Below, one piece after another: positions 1-7,835 of a stretch of DNA of 64,000 bases; positions within the stretch are counted from its first letter, which is position 1; every line of letters begins with the position of its first letter. The notes beneath the pieces were generated by a model. It saw nothing but the letters and a program-made list of their open reading frames with translations. It was not told the DNA's origin and did no database searches. Source of the DNA: Paraspadella gotoi (lineage: Eukaryota; Animalia; Chaetognatha). The DNA is taken from positions 1,416,262-1,480,261 of the forward strand of contig JBJCIZ010000744.1 of NCBI GenBank assembly GCA_051294375.1, written 5' to 3'. A program made the position numbers and the translations under genes.

Positions 1-896
1 GACCGACGATCTGATCCGTCAGATGTCGCGTCTCGGCGTCGTCGCCAGTGTCCAACCCTCGATGGTCTGTTCCGACGCTGGGTGGTTGGCCGACAAGGTG
101 GACGACGCTATCTTGGCGGGTGGGTAAATTTGAGGTGGTTTTTTCGGAAAAGGGGTGACGGATGGAATTTTCTTTTGGTTTATTTATTAATAACCTTTGG
201 CAACAGCCGGGTTGCCTGTGATGCCCATTGGGATGGGGCATCTCACCGTTGGCTTTGGGAGCTTCCGACCCTCAGTGACGCCTCCAGTTATTGGCGCCAA
301 TGGATTTGGCTGAACGATGGTGGACGTGAGGCGGTGTGAATATAGCGCCACAAACCATCCGTTATTTTTTACTGTCACTATTTGGGTTTATTTTTATTAC
401 CTTCGTCAATCAGAAGATGAATTATTCATTGGTTCATTCGTATTTTAATATTTTAATATATGTATTAAGTTTAACATTCAACTCAATTCCTCGGAAAAAA
501 AAATCCATTCCAGACCACGCCTACGCCTGGAAGAGCCTCTCCTCCAGCGGCGTATCCCTCGCCTTCGGTTCCGACGCCCCCGTCGAGTATCCCTCTCCGG
601 CGCTCGGCGTTTACGACGCCGTCTTCCGTCAAGCGTCTCGTCGAGACCCCGACGTCGCCTCCCCCGAGATCTTCAAGCCGGAAGAGCGCCTGACCGTTGG
701 CGAAGCCGTAGACGCCTACACGACGGGCGCCGCTTGGGCCGCCGGACGGGAAGATAGTCTGGGTCAGATCGCCCCCGGATTCGAGGCCGACTTTGTTGTT
801 GTGGAAGGGGACGTGGATCCAGTCACGGAGGCTGGGGAGTGGCGGAAGATCAAGTTTGGACAAGTCTGGGTAGCGGGCAAGAGGAGGGTCGGATGA
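1..896 (+). CDS. 3' part of a YtcJ/LAF3-like metal-dependent amidohydrolase (Amidohydro_3); exons <1-119 and 514-896
   Basis: Spliced translation ...RQMSRLGVVASVQPSMVCSDAGWLADKVDDAILA|DHAYAWKSL...FGSDAPVE...LTVGEAVDAYTTGAAWA...GQIAPGFEADFVV has the typical C-terminal motifs of this family. GT donor at 120 and CAG acceptor at 511-513 are phase compatible. Confidence 0.85.
196..352 (-). mobile_element. Internally deleted copy of the 255-bp twister-bearing LTR-like element, in the amidohydrolase intron
   Basis: Near-identical to 8579-8833 at both ends. A 98-bp internal deletion removes the catalytic half of the ribozyme. Direct repeat AACC at 192-195 and 353-356. Confidence 0.85.
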
Positions 897-1243
897 GATG
901 AGGTGGCGTTCGTATTATTTCATTTTCTCTTTACTATTTTATTACTACTTTTATTACTTTTATTACTATTTTATTACTACCGGGACGATCGAGACTTGCT
1001 ACTTTTGATTAATTATTACCTTTTATGCAATTTTTTCCGTGCCTCGAGATTTCGATTGGGAGATCAGCGCTTTTCTCTTACGGTTTACCATATGTTTGTT
1101 AAATGAATTTATTTCTGTTTTGATCGATTTATTTTTCGATCCATTCTTACGCTTAAACGAAGAATTCTTTTGTCATAGGCTATAACTTAATTAATTAGTT
1201 AATAATTTAATATTAATTTGACGCATATCCGCGTGGAAAAACG

Positions 1244-4200
1244 ATGGACATAAAATACGAGGTTTTCGACGAGGAATTGGAGGAAGTCGTCCTCGAAGGA
1301 AAAGACGCCGCCGACCAACCACTCGACGGCGAGATCGATCGATGGACGCTCTTGGAGCGCCGCCTTGAAAACTTTCGTCGAAAAGAGGGGCCAGTTGCTG
1401 AAGGGCGACGATACAGAAGTAGACGATTGACTCCGGAAGATGAAGATGGGATTTTGACTCCGGAAGATAAATCCCGTGGACTCGGAATGTCGGAGGAAGG
1501 TCGAACGAATTCTCTTTGCGGAGAATCGATGAGAGATGAAATCTGGCGCACCCAACCCGAATATTCCGTTCGAGAGTACAAAGACCGGCGATCTCCAAGC
1601 GGAAGGTCAACTACTGAAGATGATCGCCGGCGATCGCGAGGAAGACGGTTTACTCCTGAAGATGTACGTCGGCACTCCTTGAGCAGACATTCAACCACTC
1701 CGAGCAGATATTTATCGGTAGACAATGAAATCTGGCGAAGCAGATCCAGATATTCTAGTCCAGATGATAAACGACGTCGCTCTCGAAGCAGGGAGTCAAC
1801 TCCAGATAAATACCGGCACACCTCAAGTAGACGGTCGACGCAATGGACTCAACGCCGAGAATCTCCAAGCAGACAATCGACGACGGTAGATAAAACCCTT
1901 CGTGAGAGATCCAGATTTTCTTCTCCGGAGGATGAGCGACGGAACCTTCGAGGCGGAGAGTCGACGCGAGTGGACGAGCGACGCCGAAGCGGACCTTCTT
2001 CGCCGGAGAAACGACGGCGCCGGAGCCGATCAACGACGCCGAACGACGGCGCCGATTTTGAACGAGGGTCTCGTGCGTCGGCGGAGCATCAAATCTCTCG
2101 AGACATGAAATCGAATCGGGAGATTTTTCAACGAGTTCGAAATTTCGGTCATAGATACGATGGGGAGGACGCCGCCGCTGTCGCCGAGGATTCGGACGCC
2201 GAGATTAACGAAGAGACGAACTCTTGTCGTAAACGAAAAGTGGGCGTGGCGACGATCGGCGAGAAAAGACGGAAGCGGAACGACGACGATGACCGGCAGC
2301 GGAATCGAGCGTCGTTGACATCAAAGTCTCCTTCCCTTATCGATTATCCATCGACGTATTTGAGTTCACAAGTGGATGGAAACGAAGAGAACGAAACGGC
2401 GTCCTTTTTTGAGTCTAGGGAAGATGGAACCGAAAGGACTGAACCGGCGTCGATTACCGGCGTCGACGATCTCGAAATCATCGTCCCTCCGCTTCTCTCC
2501 CTCGAAGCCTTCTGCGATCCCGCCGTCAAGGGTCTTCCTCCGTCGACGCCGCCTCCCCAGCGGCTCCGTCTCTTCGGCGAAATCATGCTCGGCGTCAAGA
2601 TCTCTCCGCTCCCGCTTTTCCAGCACGAGGCGATAGTTGCCTCGTCCCTGAGCACCGCCGGAACGGTGCCGAGGAAGAGGGTCGACTTTCGGCCCGAAGC
2701 CGACGTCTGCGTCTTCGATCTCTTCGTGGATCGAGTTCGCTGCGCGACGGGGAAGGGCGTCGACGCGGCGGCGGCCGAGCGGGCGGGGTTCGAGCGACTG
2801 GCGGAGAAGTTGAGATCCTCGGATTACGTGAAGATCGAAAGGGAATCGGGGGAAGAGAGGTTGGGGCTTTACTCGCGATATTCCGAGGCTCCCGCCGCGA
2901 GTTTTCGCTACGACCTTCTCTGCGGAGAGAGAAAGGTTTCGAGGAAAGATCTCCCGCGATGCTCCTCCTGCGGCGTCGAGGGTCACTTGTACAATTTTTG
3001 CGTCGGGTGGCAGATGGAACATTCGGTGGCGGAGACTCCGCCTTTGTTTGCGATGGATGACGAAGCGATTGAGGTTTGTGGTCGCGAGAAGAAGGAATTC
3101 GTTCGAGCGGGAAATGACTCGCGATTGACGCCGACTGATCCAATCATCCAATCTACCGACCATTCATCGACTCCCAACCCTCGATCACCCATCGATCAAG
3201 ATTCGGTAATTGTTGATTCGCGAAAGAGACGGTTACGTTTTAACGCCGAAGATTATTACTCGGATATTCCGTATCCTTATAACGACCCGATTGCCAGTTC
3301 CGCTGATAATTTCGAAAATAATACGATTAAAAGAGATGAGAGAAAGAGGGGAGGCTTTGATGATGAAGATGTCATGCGCGAAAGAGATAAGTTGAGAAAA
3401 CCCATAGTTTCTTCCCATGCTCACAAAGACGATTCCTTGCCTAAATTTCAAACGAAATCACCATCAGCACGATATAAATCACCATCTCCACTTCCTAAAT
3501 CACCATCTCCACTTCCTAAATCTCATTCTCCACTCCCTAAATCTATATCTTCAATCCCTAAATCTCTCTCTTCACGCCACAAATCTCCATCTCCGTTCCC
3601 TACCGCCAAAGAAAAATTAATGTTGGGCATCGTCTCGACTCTCAAGCGCCTCCTTTTATCCTCGTCCTCGCCGTGTAGCAAGTACGGCGATTACGAGAAC
3701 GCTGAGAATCTCTTCTACGAAGCCGTCTCTCGCCACGACGGATGCGTTCAGTTGAGAATGGACAAGAATCATTTTGAAATGCTCGTCGACGATATCCTCG
3801 TGCATCAGAGGAAATACGAGGACGGACATCGAGGAAGCAACAAGGCGTCATTTTTCGAGGAATTGATCGACAAATTAAACTTGTGTAGATTTCTCAAAAT
3901 ATTCGCGGGCGATCGAAATGTGTTGATGTTGTCCAAAACCGCCGTGAAGGAGAATGTCGTGTTTTATAAATGCGACGACGAGATTGTCGATTCGCGTTCC
4001 GTCGGCGAAGATCGAGCGTCGATCCCCGCGCCGAATCGATCCGACGATCTTCAGCATTTCTCGGAAATCGCGTCGCGATCTGCGAGAGCCGCTACGAATG
4101 ACGACTCGCCTCGAGTAGTCGGTGGAAATAATTCGGATCAAACTGCGAACCGATTAATGGGTGATGTTTTAATTTCTAAGAAAACGGATGGGAAGAAAAC

Positions 4201-7200
4201 TGTAGGCGAAAGTATGGCGACTACAAAAGAACTCGAATTAACCAAAACTGTATTCTCACGAGCTGTGAAAGATAGCAGTTGCGGGTTGATCAGTGTTACA
4301 AAAAAATTACCTCCAGGTAATGAGCTGATGAAAAACTTAGCTTCAAAACATGACCTTAAAAATCAAATGAGTCCTAAAGAATCATCATCTCAAGAATCTG
4401 GTAGTGGAAGCGTTACTACTCAGGCTAAAAATGTTCAAGAAACTGGAACGATTGAACTTGTAGATTTACCATCAGATGATTTTACTTTGAACTTTTCAAA
4501 ATTAATGCGTTCGATTAAAGAAACGTTTTCGCATCTGCCTCGTAATGAAAAAAATGAACTAACTATGATTATTATTAAAAAACACTACAAACCAGAAACT
4601 GTATGTAATATGTTTGAGACGATTCTGTCTAAAAACAATATGATTGTTAGTTCGGCTATCGACTCTATGAATCCGAGAAAAAATGCTTGGAAGTTTATAA
4701 TAAAGGATCAACGCACACTCACTAATATTTATAATTCAACTATTTATGGAAACTACAAACTGAAACAGAAAACCTTGGTTAGGTTTTATCTGAACACAAT
4801 TTGTCGTTTTATGGCAGCTAATGGGGAGAAAACTGTAGGCGAAAGTATAGCTTTTATAAAAGAACTTGAATTACCCAAAACTGTATTCTCACAAGCTGTG
4901 AAAGATAGCAGTTGCGAGTTGATCAGTGATACAAAGAAATTACCTCCAGGTAATGAGCTGATTAAAAACTTAGCTTCAAAACATGACCTTGAAAATCAAA
5001 TGAGTCCTAGAGAATCATCTCAAGAATCTGGTTGTGGAAGCGTTACTGCTCGGGCTAAAAATGTTCAAGAAACTGGAACAATTGAACCTGAAGATTTACC
5101 ATCAGATGATCTTACTTTGAATTTTGCTAAATTAATGCGTTCGATTAAAGAAACGTTTTCGCATCTGCTTAGTAAAAAAAAAAAAAAACTATCTATAACT
5201 GATATAAAACAAAAATACAAACCAGAAACTTTACATAATATGTTTGAGACGATCCTGTCTAAAAACAATATGATTGTCTGTTCGGCTATTGACTCTATGG
5301 ATCCGAAAAAAAATGCTTGGAAGTTTACAATAAAGGATCAACGCACACTCACTAATGTTTATATTTCAACTGTTTATGCAGTCAAAAAACAGAAACCTGT
5401 TGTAAGGTTTTATATGATCACAATCTGTCGTTTTATGACAGCTAATTATATGAGAATTAAGAATGTTGAGAATGAAAAAATTTTAGAATTGTTTCCAGAA
5501 AAGCAAGTAACATTATGTTATGGATACGATGTACTTTGTAAGCATTTGGATTTAATGAACAATACTTATCGATTACATCCAGAAAATAAAAATGGTGTGA
5601 TGACTGTGGGCGAACAAAGTTCAGCGATAACTGTTACTGAATATAGCTTCGCGAATCTTATGCATTTGATAAAAAATTCCTTTCAACTTTTGTATGATTT
5701 TACGAAAACTGACAAGTGCCACGAGAATATGGTTGAGTCATTGTATGGGAAAGAAAAAATTGCCAACGAATTTGAAAAAATACTTACAAATTCTAAAATG
5801 GTTTTGAACACGACTTTTGAAAACAATATTTGGCTGTTTAGTATAAATAATGTCCTTGTCTTTTGCACATCTATAGTTCAATTCCCGGATGCTTTAAATC
5901 AGTTTTATCAGCAGATTATATACGATATCGTACGGTCAGATTATCTAAAGCTGGTTACTGTTAATAATGTTCAATTAATTTTAAAGTTATTCGAAACGGA
6001 GAAAGACGCTTTACATGGGTCAAAAAGATATGACTTACTTTGTAAATCATACCTCATTTCTAAAAAAGATGGCCAGAGTTTAAAAGCTAAAGACGACCAG
6101 AGTTTAAAGGCTAAAGACGGCCAGAGTTTGAAGACGAAACCCAATGAAAACCGAAGCTCTCATTCAATAAAAGTTCCAGAAAAAGAGCAACAAAGCAAAT
6201 TTAAAAAACAGTCTGAAAAGAAGCAATCAAACCAGCTAAGTGTTAGCGTCAGTAAGGAAGCAGTTGAGGGAAACATTTTTAAAAATAATCAGGGAGACCG
6301 TAAACCTGAAAAAAATATTTCAGAAAAAAGTTTGGAATTGATAAATTTAGGGTTAAAGTCAACACGTCTTCAGTTATTTCCTTTACATCCTGAAAATACT
6401 AATGCAGTCAGTGTTGTCGGGGATGACAATACAATTTTTTCGGCAACGGTTCCCGAGAGACGTTTTGCGAAATTAATGCAATTGGTAAAAAATACTTTTG
6501 CATTTTTGCATAATTTGCCAAAGATTTTAAATCGTTATGAAAGCTTAATATCTTGCCGCTGTAATAAGGATGACTTGGCCAGTATATTTAAGGAATTATT
6601 AGAAAATAATCAAATGACTTTAAGTACTATTAATGAAAACTATCTTTGGAAATTTAAAATTGACAACATACTCGTTTTTATTTCAAAAAAGGCATTCAAT
6701 AATGCTTTCATCCAGTTTCACCGTCGATTTATATGTAAAATTGTACTATCAGACTATTTAAAACTTGATATGGTCAACAATGAACAAATATTTAAAATAT
6801 TTGAAACTGAAAAAGAGGCAATGAAAGGCTCGTACAGATATGATTGTCTTTGTAATAACGATCAAGACCGAGCTCATGCGTCAACTGAGAATAAACAAAA
6901 AGAATTGGAAATTGAGGTTCAATTAAAAAATACCAAGCATCCAGTTGAATCAAACCAAACATTAACGCCTGCAGCAGCCTCTCACTCTCACAACCCACAG
7001 CAGAAGCTGCAGTGCCGATGGAAGGATAGCAGATCAAAAAATTATTTTGAAGATTTTTCTGAGAAAAACTCTAAAACTGATAAAAATACTGCTGGAAGAA
7101 CTACTAACTCTCAGAATTTACTAGAAATAGGTCTTCAATCTTTTCGTTCGTTTCCCTTACATCCCGAGAATTTCGAAGGTGCCCATATTGTCGGTCAACA

Positions 7201-7645
7201 AGATGATGCGTCAAATTTGGCAACTGACAATGAGAAAGCCTTTGCAAAGTTCATGCAAACTGTGAAAAATACCTTTGCCTTTTTGTATAATATACCAAAG
7301 TTTTTGAGTAGTTATGAAAGTATTCTTGGACAGAAATGTACAAAACAAGAGCTTGGTGGTATTTTTCAAGAAATATTGAGACACCATGAAATGGTATTAA
7401 CCTCATATCATTTTGGCAACTTTTGGCATTTTAAAGTTAATGATATTATAATCTTGAGTTCAAAAAAAGGTGCTTTTCATGACGCTCAGAATCAGTGTTT
7501 CAGACGGACTATATGTCTTATTGTGCTATCAGATTATTTGAAACTGGACACAATTAACGGCCAGTGTACTTTGCTCCTGTTTGAAACAGCAAAACAGGCC
7601 AGCGAGGGCTCGTATAGATACGATGCTTTGTGTAATAAAATATAA
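1244..7645 (+). CDS. Intronless 2133-aa protein: RS-rich N-terminus, CCHC zinc knuckle, multiple copies of an uncharacterised domain
   Basis: 6.4-kb uninterrupted ORF. CSSCGVEGHLYNFC fits Cx2Cx4Hx4C. Recurrent motifs FAxLMxxxKxxF, WxFxI, SDYLKL and GSxRYDxLC. Confidence 0.8.
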   Translation: MDIKYEVFDEELEEVVLEGKDAADQPLDGEIDRWTLLERRLENFRRKEGPVAEGRRYRSRRLTPEDEDGILTPEDKSRGLGMSEEGRTNSLCGESMRDEIWRTQPEYSVREYKDRRSPSGRSTTEDDRRRSRGRRFTPEDVRRHSLSRHSTTPSRYLSVDNEIWRSRSRYSSPDDKRRRSRSRESTPDKYRHTSSRRSTQWTQRRESPSRQSTTVDKTLRERSRFSSPEDERRNLRGGESTRVDERRRSGPSSPEKRRRRSRSTTPNDGADFERGSRASAEHQISRDMKSNREIFQRVRNFGHRYDGEDAAAVAEDSDAEINEETNSCRKRKVGVATIGEKRRKRNDDDDRQRNRASLTSKSPSLIDYPSTYLSSQVDGNEENETASFFESREDGTERTEPASITGVDDLEIIVPPLLSLEAFCDPAVKGLPPSTPPPQRLRLFGEIMLGVKISPLPLFQHEAIVASSLSTAGTVPRKRVDFRPEADVCVFDLFVDRVRCATGKGVDAAAAERAGFERLAEKLRSSDYVKIERESGEERLGLYSRYSEAPAASFRYDLLCGERKVSRKDLPRCSSCGVEGHLYNFCVGWQMEHSVAETPPLFAMDDEAIEVCGREKKEFVRAGNDSRLTPTDPIIQSTDHSSTPNPRSPIDQDSVIVDSRKRRLRFNAEDYYSDIPYPYNDPIASSADNFENNTIKRDERKRGGFDDEDVMRERDKLRKPIVSSHAHKDDSLPKFQTKSPSARYKSPSPLPKSPSPLPKSHSPLPKSISSIPKSLSSRHKSPSPFPTAKEKLMLGIVSTLKRLLLSSSSPCSKYGDYENAENLFYEAVSRHDGCVQLRMDKNHFEMLVDDILVHQRKYEDGHRGSNKASFFEELIDKLNLCRFLKIFAGDRNVLMLSKTAVKENVVFYKCDDEIVDSRSVGEDRASIPAPNRSDDLQHFSEIASRSARAATNDDSPRVVGGNNSDQTANRLMGDVLISKKTDGKKTVGESMATTKELELTKTVFSRAVKDSSCGLISVTKKLPPGNELMKNLASKHDLKNQMSPKESSSQESGSGSVTTQAKNVQETGTIELVDLPSDDFTLNFSKLMRSIKETFSHLPRNEKNELTMIIIKKHYKPETVCNMFETILSKNNMIVSSAIDSMNPRKNAWKFIIKDQRTLTNIYNSTIYGNYKLKQKTLVRFYLNTICRFMAANGEKTVGESIAFIKELELPKTVFSQAVKDSSCELISDTKKLPPGNELIKNLASKHDLENQMSPRESSQESGCGSVTARAKNVQETGTIEPEDLPSDDLTLNFAKLMRSIKETFSHLLSKKKKKLSITDIKQKYKPETLHNMFETILSKNNMIVCSAIDSMDPKKNAWKFTIKDQRTLTNVYISTVYAVKKQKPVVRFYMITICRFMTANYMRIKNVENEKILELFPEKQVTLCYGYDVLCKHLDLMNNTYRLHPENKNGVMTVGEQSSAITVTEYSFANLMHLIKNSFQLLYDFTKTDKCHENMVESLYGKEKIANEFEKILTNSKMVLNTTFENNIWLFSINNVLVFCTSIVQFPDALNQFYQQIIYDIVRSDYLKLVTVNNVQLILKLFETEKDALHGSKRYDLLCKSYLISKKDGQSLKAKDDQSLKAKDGQSLKTKPNENRSSHSIKVPEKEQQSKFKKQSEKKQSNQLSVSVSKEAVEGNIFKNNQGDRKPEKNISEKSLELINLGLKSTRLQLFPLHPENTNAVSVVGDDNTIFSATVPERRFAKLMQLVKNTFAFLHNLPKILNRYESLISCRCNKDDLASIFKELLENNQMTLSTINENYLWKFKIDNILVFISKKAFNNAFIQFHRRFICKIVLSDYLKLDMVNNEQIFKIFETEKEAMKGSYRYDCLCNNDQDRAHASTENKQKELEIEVQLKNTKHPVESNQTLTPAAASHSHNPQQKLQCRWKDSRSKNYFEDFSEKNSKTDKNTAGRTTNSQNLLEIGLQSFRSFPLHPENFEGAHIVGQQDDASNLATDNEKAFAKFMQTVKNTFAFLYNIPKFLSSYESILGQKCTKQELGGIFQEILRHHEMVLTSYHFGNFWHFKVNDIIILSSKKGAFHDAQNQCFRRTICLIVLSDYLKLDTINGQCTLLLFETAKQASEGSYRYDALCNKI
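4186..5446 (+). repeat. In-frame tandem duplication (about 630-bp unit) inside the large ORF
   Basis: GAAAACTGTAGGCGAAAGTAT starts both units (about 4195 and 4828). Both end in TGTCGTTTTATGRCAGCTAAT. The peptide KTVGES...NVQETGTIE...RFYxxTICRFM is repeated. Confidence 0.9.
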
Positions 7646-7835
7646 TTTCTTCAGTATTAATCCTAAAAATAGTTTTCTTTGTGAAATGTGTTTTTAAGTT
7701 ACGACATGGTGAAAATTTATATACAGTGAGAGCTATGAATCAGTGATATAAAATGGAAAATTGGAGGCTCTTGTTATTGAGTACTTTTCTCCGCGCATTT
7801 TTTTACCTCCTTTCTTTCGTTTTTTTTTATTAGAA

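Noticed and set aside
1191-3163. Long antisense and alternate-frame ORFs over GC-rich exons (also 9676-10413, 11559-12335, 27492-28049)
   Set aside because: They are shadows of real genes caused by GC-rich codon usage and show no independent motifs.
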